64,000 nucleotides of DNA from Clostridiales bacterium (GTDB lineage Bacteria; Bacillota; Clostridia; Christensenellales; UBA1242): contig SVHS01000002.1 of NCBI GenBank assembly GCA_015055745.1, forward strand, positions 62,534 to 126,533. The letters run 5' to 3'. The position numbers were made by a program, and so were the translations under genes. Under the pieces are notes generated by a model, which worked only from the letters and a program-made list of their open reading frames with translations, was not told the DNA's origin and ran no database searches. Below, piece after piece: positions 51,732-60,727 of this stretch (its first letter is position 1; each line of letters starts with the position of its first letter).

Positions 51732-52019
51732 ATGAAATTTGATGTTTGTAAAAATTGCAAGTATTTTGAGAGGCATTATGTCTTGATGGAAGGTGGTAGA
51801 TATATGGTACACTCTATTGATGATGGGCATTGCAAGAAATCTTATACTCTAAGAACTAAGGCAAACTGTGGGTGCTATGAGGAAGAAGATAAAAGCCACG
51901 AAAGAAAGCAGGTAGATGTACTGCGCTCTGCTCAAGCATTTAAGAGGTATTGCAAATATACCATGGGGCAGATAGACTCTCTCATCGCACTAGTAAAAGA
52001 CAATCAAAAAAAGGCGTAA
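51732..52019 (+). CDS. Small Cys-rich (putative Zn-binding) hypothetical protein
   Basis: AAGGAG RBS; CKNCKYF..HY...GHC...NCGCY; own promoter and terminator. Confidence 0.8.
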   Translation: MKFDVCKNCKYFERHYVLMEGGRYMVHSIDDGHCKKSYTLRTKANCGCYEEEDKSHERKQVDVLRSAQAFKRYCKYTMGQIDSLIALVKDNQKKA

Positions 52020-52037
52020 TCGCCTTTTTTCTATATA

Positions 52038-52757
52038 TTATCTCTTAAAAATTGGCTTAACCACCACGTGACGCTTTTCACCCTCACCTGTAGACTCTGT
52101 AGTGACATCTTCCCTGTCTTGAAGAGTAGTGTGTACTATCCTTCTCTCGTATGCATTCATCGGGTCTAGGTGAATATTCCTTTCTATCTTGATAGCCTGC
52201 TCAGCAGTCCTATTCGCGATATCGATGATAGACTGATTTCTATTCGCCTTATATCCATCTATATCTAGATACAATCTGATAGCTCCCTCACCTCTAGTCT
52301 TTAGACCAGACAAAAGCATTTGCAATGCTTGTAGATTATCTCCATGGAAACCAATGAGCTTACCTAGCTTTTCACCATGAAGAGAGAAAGTCACTTCATT
52401 TTCTCCTGCACTTACTTCGCAAGTAGCATTTTCGTCTAGCATCTTAGCTAACCCTAATAAAAACTCTTTTCCTCGCTCTTGTAGTCTAGTAGAGTCAAAG
52501 ATTTTCTTCTTTTTCTCCTCAGTCTCCACTGGAGTCTCAGCAGTCTCTACCTTTTCTTCTATTACTGGAGTCTCTGTTGTTGTCTCTTCTGATACTACCT
52601 CAGGCTCTTCTCCCCAAGAAAGGATTACTACCGCTTTTTTGAAAAGACCGCCCTCTTCCACTACCTTTACATTTACTTCTTCTCGCTTCATACCGCATTC
52701 CAAAAGTCCATTTTGGATAGCGATCTCCACGCTTTTTCCTGTAGCCTCTATTTGCAT
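52038..52757 (-). CDS. jag: Jag/KhpB (EloR) RNA-binding protein
   Basis: Jag_N (ATGKSVE.AI), KH (LIG.HG..L.ALQ), R3H (PMNAYERRIVH). Confidence 0.95.
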   Translation of the reverse strand: MQIEATGKSVEIAIQNGLLECGMKREEVNVKVVEEGGLFKKAVVILSWGEEPEVVSEETTTETPVIEEKVETAETPVETEEKKKKIFDSTRLQERGKEFLLGLAKMLDENATCEVSAGENEVTFSLHGEKLGKLIGFHGDNLQALQMLLSGLKTRGEGAIRLYLDIDGYKANRNQSIIDIANRTAEQAIKIERNIHLDPMNAYERRIVHTTLQDREDVTTESTGEGEKRHVVVKPIFKR

Positions 52758-52771
52758 TTCTATTCTCCTTC

Positions 52772-53794
52772 CTATTTCTTGTAATTTCTGCTATATTCCA
52801 CTACTTCGACATTCTTTTGGATCACAATGTCGTCATCTTTGCCACTCTTTGGCTTCATGATAAGAGATAGCACCGTAGATATCAGTGCCGTCATCAATGA
52901 GTTTACGATGATATATAGTGTAAACACTACGTTTGACGTCATAGCCAATATTATCATAGTGATAGGAATGACAGCCATCATTACTTTGTTCATCATGTTT
53001 AGTTTTTGACCTTTTGGTGTCATCAACTTAGCTGACAATAGCTGTGTCAAGAAAGAAATCACAGCAGATAGTATAATCAATACATAATAACCATTGACTT
53101 GAGTTTTTTCTCCATCAATAGTAGTAGTGATGAAGTTATAAATCTTTTGTTCTTCTGCTTTTTTAGTATCATTCATGCCATTAGCATAAGTATTGAAATC
53201 TATAAACTGAGTATCATTAGTATCTGATTTCCATACATTTTTTACCCATAGCCATGAGTTTTGACGAGAGACTTCATCATACTTTTTCTCGATAACGATA
53301 GTCAATTCTTCTTTCTCGTCATCTGTGAGAGTATCAAATTCTTTCTCGCCCACTACTTCTGTGTAAGCAGATTTTAGGTCATTGTATGATTGATACAATT
53401 TGTCATTACCATAATCTCTAAGACTGCCATATAGCGTAAAGAATACTACAAGAGATAATCCCATAGTGATAAGCATAGAAAAACACATACCACCCATATT
53501 AAAATTATATTTTTTATACAATTTCGCCGTCTCTTCATTTACTTTAGCTTTGTCATTACCATACTTGGCTTGAATCTTCGCCATTTCTGGTTGCATAGCA
53601 GTCATAAATCTTTGCTGTTTTTTTGAAGATATTCGCTGATAGACATCTAATGGAGTCATTATTAGCTTTAAGCAAATAGTGAATACAATAATGGCCCAGC
53701 CATAATTGACTATCCAATTTGCAAAAAGGTTAATAATATTAGTCCACAAATCATTCTTAGCGAGTATCATGCTAACATTATTTAACATTTCCAT
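52772..53794 (-). CDS. yidC: Membrane protein insertase YidC/SpoIIIJ
   Basis: NYGWAII.FT, QPEM.KIQ.KY, KLYK; canonical synteny. Confidence 0.92.
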   Translation of the reverse strand: MEMLNNVSMILAKNDLWTNIINLFANWIVNYGWAIIVFTICLKLIMTPLDVYQRISSKKQQRFMTAMQPEMAKIQAKYGNDKAKVNEETAKLYKKYNFNMGGMCFSMLITMGLSLVVFFTLYGSLRDYGNDKLYQSYNDLKSAYTEVVGEKEFDTLTDDEKEELTIVIEKKYDEVSRQNSWLWVKNVWKSDTNDTQFIDFNTYANGMNDTKKAEEQKIYNFITTTIDGEKTQVNGYYVLIILSAVISFLTQLLSAKLMTPKGQKLNMMNKVMMAVIPITMIILAMTSNVVFTLYIIVNSLMTALISTVLSLIMKPKSGKDDDIVIQKNVEVVEYSRNYKK

Positions 53795-54063
53795 TTATAA
53801 TTTCCTAATAAATTTAATTTTGGATAATCCACTCCTCCGTGTGTGTTGGGTCTACATTTTAATAGTCTCTTAAATGCCAAAAATCCACCCCAGATCGCAC
53901 CAAACTCGCGGATACTATCCCACGCATACTGGCTACAAGTAGGCACAAAATGACAGCTACGCCCACCTTTCGCCACACTCAAGACTTTGCGATAAATAAA
54001 TATCAAAAACAAACATATGAGAGTCAATGGATATGTCAAGACATAATAAATCTTAAACATCAC
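53782..54063 (-). CDS. yidD: Membrane protein insertion efficiency factor YidD
   Basis: C.F.PTCSQYA...I..FG...G......RLLKC.P...GG.D. Confidence 0.93.
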   Translation of the reverse strand: MMFKIYYVLTYPLTLICLFLIFIYRKVLSVAKGGRSCHFVPTCSQYAWDSIREFGAIWGGFLAFKRLLKCRPNTHGGVDYPKLNLLGNYKWKC

Positions 54064-54400
54064 TTTCCCTCATTAGTCCTTGCTTTTTCAATACTCGCAT
54101 TAGCTCGAGCTCAATCTCATCAGATTTTTTGTCTCGTATAGTTTCTTTGGCTGTGATGACATAATTTTTGATAGCAAATTTGTCAATATTTAGCCTGCAA
54201 GCCTCACTAATAATGCGTTTTACTCGACTCCTCACCACACTATTGCCGACTTGCTTTGAGACAGATATACCTATCTGGGCATACGGACGATACGCCTTGA
54301 CGAAATGTATCGTAAAACTGGACGAATGCGCCACTTCACCCTTTTTGTAGATATAATTAAACTCTTTCTTTTTCTTTAATCGATTGATTCTTTTTAACAT
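54053..54400 (-). CDS. rnpA: Ribonuclease P protein component
   Basis: RLKKKKEF, GISVSKQVGNSVVRSRVKR. Confidence 0.95.
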   Translation of the reverse strand: MLKRINRLKKKKEFNYIYKKGEVAHSSSFTIHFVKAYRPYAQIGISVSKQVGNSVVRSRVKRIISEACRLNIDKFAIKNYVITAKETIRDKKSDEIELELMRVLKKQGLMRESDV

Positions 54401-54405
54401 AATTT

Positions 54406-54540
54406 TTACTTAGTAAGTTCTTTCTTACCTTTGTTTCTACGACGCTTCAATACTCTTCTACCAGATAGAGTCTTCATTCTAGCTCTAAAGCCATGAACTT
54501 TACTGCGTTGTCTTTTCTTTGGCTGATAAGTTTGTTTCAT
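54406..54540 (-). CDS. rpmH: 50S ribosomal protein L34 (not in the ORF track)
   Basis: Hand translation [44 protein letters not shown]; AAGGAG RBS. Confidence 0.98.
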   Translation of the reverse strand: MKQTYQPKKRQRSKVHGFRARMKTLSGRRVLKRRRNKGKKELTK

Positions 54541-54733
54541 GAAAAAAATCTCCTTTTAATAGTTTCTCATAGGATATTTGCTAAAAGGATATTCCTGATG
54601 GAAAGAGCGAGTATTCGCTGTGGACTGCAATAATATTTCCTATACTCTCCACTATATCAAAAAAAAATACCAATGTCAATAATTCACAAAAAAAAGAAGA
54701 GTAAATCTATACTCTTTTGAATTTCCGAACTTT

Positions 54734-54821
54734 TGGCGCAGAGAACAGGATTCGAACCTGCGGACGCTTTCACATCACACGATTTCCAATCGTGCTCTTT
54801 CGACCACTCAGACATCTCTGC
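54734..54821 (-). tRNA. tRNA-Ser (anticodon GGA)
   Basis: GCAGAGA/TCTCTGC acceptor, CACGA-TTGGAAA-TCGTG, long variable arm, GGTTCGAATCC, CCA; TTGACA-17-TACAAT promoter. Confidence 0.96.
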
Positions 54822-54877
54822 ATGCTGACATTGTAATCAATTATTTAAATTTTGTCAATTATACTACTAAATTTTTA

Positions 54878-54921
54878 GAAACAAAAAGTTATCCACAAAA
54901 CACAATAAATTGTGGATAACT
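54878..54921 (-). terminator. dnaN terminator hairpin whose arms are two perfect DnaA boxes
   Basis: AGTTATCCACAA (54887-54898) / TTGTGGATAACT (54910-54921), then TTTTGTTT on the minus strand. Confidence 0.7.
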
Positions 54922-54936
54922 CAGATCTAAAACACA

Positions 54937-56034
54937 TTATCTAGCTTTTACAGGAAGTATCAAGAATACAAAATCTTCGCCCTCACATGGAGTAATTACA
55001 CATGGCTGTATAGCACTATTGAGGTTCATTTTTACATACTGATTATCTACTACACGAAGGCAGTCGCTAAAGTACTTAGAATTGAATGAAATATTAAGGT
55101 CATTTCCTTTGACTCCGACTGTAATATTTTCTCTAGTATTACCTATCTCACTATTTGATGTAAGCATCAAATTTTTCTCTTTAATGTCAAATTTTACTAG
55201 ATTATTTTTGTCTATCCTAGACAATACACTAGCTCTATCTATAGCGTCCTCGAGCTGCTCTTTATTGATAGTCACTACAGTAGAAAAATCTTTTGGTACA
55301 ATCTGCTTATAATTGATAAATTGACCGTCTATTAGACGATTTATCACTATAGTATCACCCAAATCCACCATGATATTATTTGAATGCACGTACACCTTGA
55401 TATTGCCATCATTATCCATCATTTTGATGATTTCATAGATATTTTTACCAGGTACGATAATCTTAAAGTCAGCTGTACTATTAAGCAAAGTCTTATTCGC
55501 AATACTCAATCTACAGCCATCTACAGCCACAGCTTTGATATTATTGCCAGTGGTCTCTATCAATATACCCTTTAGTATCGGTCTACTATCATCTTGAGCC
55601 ACAGCATAATACACAGAATTTATCAATGCTTTAAAATCTTCCTTGCTAAGCTCAAAGAAATTGTCTTTTTCCACCTCTTTGATCTGAGGAAATTCACTAA
55701 TCTCCATGCATTGTAGACAACCCTCACTATCTGTGTATGAAATCTTTAGCTGATTTTTCTCATTTAATTCACATTCTATCTGCTCATTAGTAAGCTTACG
55801 GATATACTCTCCAAACAATCTACCAGGTACCACTGTCTCTCCAGCGTTGTCTACCTCTGCTCTGATAGTCTTCTCTACACTCATTTCTAGGTCAGTAGCG
55901 GACAAAATAAGCTTGTCATCAGCGCATACCATCTTGATACCCTCGAGTATCTGAGAGGTGGTCTTGCTACTGATAGCTTTAGATACTACACTTATTGCAT
56001 CGCTTAGCTCTAGCCCATCACATCTAAATCTCAT
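54937..56034 (-). CDS. dnaN: DNA polymerase III beta clamp
   Basis: ILEGI, SATDLE, SRPILKGI, VAVDG.RLS, RLIDG.F.NY, FN.KY..D.L, LILPV. Confidence 0.97.
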   Translation of the reverse strand: MRFRCDGLELSDAISVVSKAISSKTTSQILEGIKMVCADDKLILSATDLEMSVEKTIRAEVDNAGETVVPGRLFGEYIRKLTNEQIECELNEKNQLKISYTDSEGCLQCMEISEFPQIKEVEKDNFFELSKEDFKALINSVYYAVAQDDSRPILKGILIETTGNNIKAVAVDGCRLSIANKTLLNSTADFKIIVPGKNIYEIIKMMDNDGNIKVYVHSNNIMVDLGDTIVINRLIDGQFINYKQIVPKDFSTVVTINKEQLEDAIDRASVLSRIDKNNLVKFDIKEKNLMLTSNSEIGNTRENITVGVKGNDLNISFNSKYFSDCLRVVDNQYVKMNLNSAIQPCVITPCEGEDFVFLILPVKAR

Positions 56035-56742
56035 AATTCTCCTCTTTGTCTTGACTTTGTCCCCTAACCCAAAATCATATTACAAAACTATACTACCAAA
56101 AGCAAGTGAATATGTCAAATATTTTGACTTATTTTCAAGAAAAATTTTGAATCTTTTTTATACCAAAAGTTATCCACATTTCCACCAAATTTATACCTGA
56201 TTTTTTTGAGCATATTAATATATATTATATAATAAATTATTTAAAAATCTAATATCAAATAAAATAATAAAAATATATAAATTTTAAGTATCAAATAATT
56301 TAAAAAATACTATTTTATAGCGTGTTTTAACAAATAAATTTAATTTATAATTAAATAATTATTTATCAAATTTTAACTTAAAAAATTAAATAAAATTTAT
56401 CAAAAATGTTACTAAAAAATTTAATTTCGCAGTCGCATACACAGGCGATTTATTTTATAAATTTTTTTAATTTTTGATAGTGATTTTTCTATTAATTTTT
56501 GTGGAAAAGTGGACAACTTTATAAAACACAATATTTAGTGGTGTCTTGTTTCATTTTCGACATTTTTCATACAATTTTTATCCACAATCGATGTGTTTAA
56601 GTCTGTAGATAAAAATGTAGACAAATATAAAATTGATGTGGACAACCTATAAAATCGCCCAGGAAACACAATCTTACAAAACTTTTCTCGCACTTATTGA
56701 CTTATTTAGATATTTATTATATAATATAGTTAGGAGTGGATT
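56035..56742. other. Probable oriC
   Basis: DnaA boxes TTATCCACA 56170 and 56578, TGTGGAAAA 56500, near matches 56604 and 56637; very AT-rich 56200-56420; next to dnaA; G/C skew changes sign across the region in hand counts. Confidence 0.8.
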
Positions 56743-58092
56743 ATGTTTTTACTTGACCAATGGAAGAAAGTATTAAACAAGCTCGAAAATGAAGTGACAG
56801 CTGTGACATTCGATCTATGGATTAATACTCTTACACCTATTCAATACGCAAATGATGAATTAATTCTTATGGCGCCTAGTATCAATGCTAAAAATCAGGT
56901 AAATCAGCCTGGTATATTTGAAAAGATTACAAAATGTGTACGTCAGGAGTTTACCCCATACACATTCGTCAGAGTCACAGAAAAGCAAGAATATGAGGAG
57001 AATATTCGTAGACAAGAAGAAGAGCTAGACAAGATAATGAAAGATTCTCCAAACATGAAATTTAAATTTAATCAAAAATACACATTTTCAAATTTTGTAG
57101 TCGGAAAATCAAATCAAGTAGTATGCGCGGCGATGCAAAGTGTGGCAGAGAATCCTTGTCAAAAATTCAATCCATTGTTTATCTATGGTGGTGTAGGATT
57201 GGGCAAGACACACTTATTACATGCAGTTGGAAATTATCTAAACGAGCATAGACCTGACTTAAATGTCTTGTATGTCACTTGTGAGAAGTTTACAAATGAC
57301 TATGTAGACTCGATTAGAAATGGAAAAGAAAAATCAAATCTCGATTTTAGAGACAAGTATCGTAGCGTAGATGTGCTGATGATTGATGATATTCAGTTTA
57401 TTAGCAACAAAATGGGTATACAGGAAGAATTCTTCCATACCTTCAATGATCTTTATCAAAACAACAAACAAATAATCATAGCTTCTGATCGTTCACCTAA
57501 AGACATGAGCGCTTTAGAGGAAAGACTTCGTAGTAGATTTAGCAGTGGACTTATCCAAGATATCCAAGAGCCAGACTATGAGACTAAAGTAGCTATTATC
57601 AAAAAGAAATGTAGTCAAGAGGGTTATCTTGTAGATGACAATGTGATAGATTTCATTGCTCAGAAGACGGGTACAAACATTCGTGAGATGGAAGGTATAT
57701 TATCAAAAGTCGTTTTCTACTCTAGTCTTCTCGGAAAATCTCATGCTAGTATGGAAGATGCCCATGAAGCTCTTAAAGATTATGGTGAGACTGAAAGGAC
57801 TGATCTAGACGCTGATAGGATATTACGTACAGTATGTGATTTCTTCAAAGTGACTAAAGAAGACCTTATAGGTAAAAAGAAGAATAAAGAAATCGTAGAG
57901 CCTAGACAAATGTGTATATATCTTATCAACGATATGTTGAATATACCTCTTACAGCTATTGGTGCAATATTCGGTGGACGAGACCATACGACTATTATGC
58001 ATGCTAGAGACAAAATATCAAATCAAGTAAAAATTAATCCACATATCCGTACACTTGTAAACGATATCAAATCTCAATTACTTAAATATTAA
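56743..58092 (+). CDS. dnaA: Chromosomal replication initiator DnaA
   Basis: YTFSNFVVG, NPLFIYGGVGLGKTHL, LMIDDIQF, QEEFFHTFN, FGGRDHTT. Confidence 0.99.
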   Translation: MFLLDQWKKVLNKLENEVTAVTFDLWINTLTPIQYANDELILMAPSINAKNQVNQPGIFEKITKCVRQEFTPYTFVRVTEKQEYEENIRRQEEELDKIMKDSPNMKFKFNQKYTFSNFVVGKSNQVVCAAMQSVAENPCQKFNPLFIYGGVGLGKTHLLHAVGNYLNEHRPDLNVLYVTCEKFTNDYVDSIRNGKEKSNLDFRDKYRSVDVLMIDDIQFISNKMGIQEEFFHTFNDLYQNNKQIIIASDRSPKDMSALEERLRSRFSSGLIQDIQEPDYETKVAIIKKKCSQEGYLVDDNVIDFIAQKTGTNIREMEGILSKVVFYSSLLGKSHASMEDAHEALKDYGETERTDLDADRILRTVCDFFKVTKEDLIGKKKNKEIVEPRQMCIYLINDMLNIPLTAIGAIFGGRDHTTIMHARDKISNQVKINPHIRTLVNDIKSQLLKY

Positions 58093-58123
58093 AAAAGTCG
58101 ACCAGTATCGGTCGATTTTTTTT
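58092..58123 (+). terminator. dnaA terminator
   Basis: AAGTCGACC-AGTATC-GGTCGATT followed by a T run. Confidence 0.8.
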
Positions 58124-58316
58124 GTTTTATGAATAGTTTTTGAATTTGTTTTATAAAAAAATTATTAGATTGTATTTAATAAAATAATAAAATTTTAAAA
58201 ATTTTCGATTATTTTCGATAAATTTTGACATATTTCGTATCAATTTCTGACAATTTTAAAAATTTTTATCAATACAATATTTTAGCATTTGGTGGTAAAA
58301 ATATAAATAACTTGAC

Positions 58317-58523
58317 TCAAAAGAGATTCTTAGTATCATCTTTATTTAAAGAAATTAAAAATCCGTCTTTATCGCAAGTAAAATCGCAGTCGTCATTTGA
58401 ACATCGAAATACTTGATCCGAGTCGTCCCAATATACTTTTTCATTACAATCAGGACAGCAAAAATTTTTACATATATTAAAACGTATTCTTCTTTGGTTG
58501 GATCTAATTAGTTTTTTTAGCAT
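58317..58523 (-). CDS. Small Zn-ribbon-like hypothetical protein (68 aa)
   Basis: AAGGAG RBS before ATG 58523; CPDC...FRCSNDDC. Confidence 0.6.
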   Translation of the reverse strand: MLKKLIRSNQRRIRFNICKNFCCPDCNEKVYWDDSDQVFRCSNDDCDFTCDKDGFLISLNKDDTKNLF

Positions 58524-58680
58524 AGCATACTCCTTGTCTTTAAGCGTTGGAATGAAATAATAACATATACAAATAAAGAAAAACAAAAGGAAAAAATAAA
58601 AAATTTCGACAAATTTAATGTTTTTTATTCTTTTTTGTCGAAATTTAATATTATATATGAAAGAAATTTTTATTTTGTGA

Positions 58681-59757
58681 TTATCTTACACTACCACTTT
58701 GTATGTTTATAGTCTTGTACTTTGTGTCCATGTTTGGTATAGCAGTACATGATATAAGTGTCTGATATTTGTTTGTTAGGGTCAATAACCTTGATTGGCG
58801 TAGATCATCTAGCTCACTTAATACATCATCTAGTAGTAATATAGGATACTCACCAATCTCTTCTTTGATTACTTCCATTAGAGATAGTTTTACTACTAGT
58901 GCTACGGTGCGTTGCTGTCCTTGACTAGCGTAGTATCTGCAATCCAAATCATTTATTTTAAAGATGATATCATCTCTATGAGGACCAAGACAAGTATATC
59001 CTAATTCAATTTCTTTATCTATGATTTTTTCAAACTCAATAGACAAATCCTCTTTGATAGAAAGATTTTCTTTTTGTTTGTAGCTATAGAATATTTCTAG
59101 ATTTTCTGTCTCAGTAATAATTTGATGTATGTTTTTTGCATAAATTTTAAGTTTTTCTATAAATTGCACGCGTTTTTCTATAATTTTTACTGCAGTGTCA
59201 ATTAATTGTGGTGTAAATAACTTTAATTGTTCTTTCTTTGAATCTACGGAATCCATGCTTTTTAATATTTGATTTCTCATCTTGAGGATACGATTATATT
59301 TCATTAGATTGTATAGATAAGGTTTATCAAACTGACTGATGGATACATCTAAAAAAGATCTTCTGTCTTCTGGTACTTCTTTGATAAGCTTCATTTCATC
59401 AGGACTAAAGTATACCATAGATAAGACACCAACCAATTCTGTAAGCTTTAAAATATTGAGGTTGTTTATCTTTATAGATTTTTTATCTGATTTGTCTAGA
59501 TACATTTCTATTATTTTTTTGCCTGCGAGAGTATTAAAGTCAACTTTTATTTTAGCACGATCTTGATGAAATCTTATGATCTGTTTATCTTTGCTATTCT
59601 TCGGACTTTTGCCTACACTTAGTAAATAAACACTTTCTAAGAGATTGGTTTTTCCTTGAGCATTTTTCCCAACGATAAAATTGATACCATCATCAAAAGT
59701 GGCAATAGAGTGAGTGTAGTTTCTAAAGTTATTGAGTTCTAGACTGTTTATTTTCAT
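58681..59757 (-). CDS. recF: DNA replication and repair protein RecF
   Basis: NFRNY, GKNAQGKTNLLE, P..RR.FLD, GPHRDD, SQGQQR, LLLDDVLSELD. Confidence 0.98.
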   Translation of the reverse strand: MKINSLELNNFRNYTHSIATFDDGINFIVGKNAQGKTNLLESVYLLSVGKSPKNSKDKQIIRFHQDRAKIKVDFNTLAGKKIIEMYLDKSDKKSIKINNLNILKLTELVGVLSMVYFSPDEMKLIKEVPEDRRSFLDVSISQFDKPYLYNLMKYNRILKMRNQILKSMDSVDSKKEQLKLFTPQLIDTAVKIIEKRVQFIEKLKIYAKNIHQIITETENLEIFYSYKQKENLSIKEDLSIEFEKIIDKEIELGYTCLGPHRDDIIFKINDLDCRYYASQGQQRTVALVVKLSLMEVIKEEIGEYPILLLDDVLSELDDLRQSRLLTLTNKYQTLISCTAIPNMDTKYKTINIQSGSVR

Positions 59758-59806
59758 TTATGGTATTATATTATTTATTCCGTATTTTGTCAAGGGAAAT
59801 TGTCTT

Positions 59807-59836
59807 CGCGCGCGTGCGCGTGCGCGCGTATATATA
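59807..59836. repeat. Alternating pyrimidine-purine tract
   Basis: CGCGCGCGTGCGCGTGCGCGCG followed by TATATATA. Confidence 0.9.
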
Positions 59837-59932
59837 AGGATATATAATATATATAGTAATATTAATATATAAATAGCGTCTCTTGACAATATCAAAAATT
59901 TGTGATATATTATCGCCACAAGAGGTATACTT

Positions 59933-60727
59933 ATGAAGTTTAGTATTTTTGAGAAATTAGCCAAGAGAAGATTGTTTTTAACAAGAGAATATGAGAGGAC
60001 TCATGATGATTCTTTAAGAAATGAATATCAAGAGATTGATGTAATATTAAATCAAAACGGTAGCATTAGTAGCAAATGTAAAATGTCTATATATGACTTT
60101 AAAGAATATTTATTGGATTTCTTGATTGGTAATGGTATTGTATATGATATTAGGATTTCTTGTGATAAAGAAAGGGATTATCCTACCCAAATCAATATCA
60201 CAATAGATGAGAATCTATATATATTTAAAAGTGATAAGCGTGATATGATTAGTATGGAACCATTGTTTTCGATTATGAAAAATTCTTTTTCAAGATTGGC
60301 AGAAAAGTATCCAGCACTGAATGAATATTATTGGGAAATGTTTAAAAAATATTTAAGTAAAAAAAGAAGTTTGAAAATAGAAATCATCAATGAAAAAATT
60401 TCTAAAAAAGAAGCTGAAATAAAAACATTAAACAATCCCCAAAAGAGAAAAAATTTAATCACTGCATTAACAAAAGAAGTAAAGGAAGCTGAAGAAATAT
60501 ATAAAGCAGGTTATTGTGGAATTATAACAAAAGATCCTGAATTGATAGCACTACAAGACAAATGCGCAGATATATGTGTGGAGAAAATGAATAAATTGGA
60601 AGAATATACGGATCCAAATAAAAGAAAAGAAAAAATTAATAAACTAAAAAATGAAGTAATGGATTTACAAAAACAAATAGAAATTATTAATGAAGAAGAC
60701 ATAGAGGTATTACAAAATGAAATTTAA
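59933..60727 (+). CDS. Hypothetical coiled-coil protein (paralog 1)
   Basis: GAGG RBS; TTGACA-17-TATATT promoter; similar to the next ORF. Confidence 0.75.
   Translation: MKFSIFEKLAKRRLFLTREYERTHDDSLRNEYQEIDVILNQNGSISSKCKMSIYDFKEYLLDFLIGNGIVYDIRISCDKERDYPTQINITIDENLYIFKSDKRDMISMEPLFSIMKNSFSRLAEKYPALNEYYWEMFKKYLSKKRSLKIEIINEKISKKEAEIKTLNNPQKRKNLITALTKEVKEAEEIYKAGYCGIITKDPELIALQDKCADICVEKMNKLEEYTDPNKRKEKINKLKNEVMDLQKQIEIINEEDIEVLQNEI

Noticed and set aside
59837-59877. DnaA-trio unwinding element
   Set aside because: There is no adjacent DnaA box, and the order relative to the GC-rich block is opposite to the Bacillus arrangement.
59758-59964. 68-aa ORF containing RARARAR
   Set aside because: It is a translation of the CG-alternating tract and overlaps two promoters.
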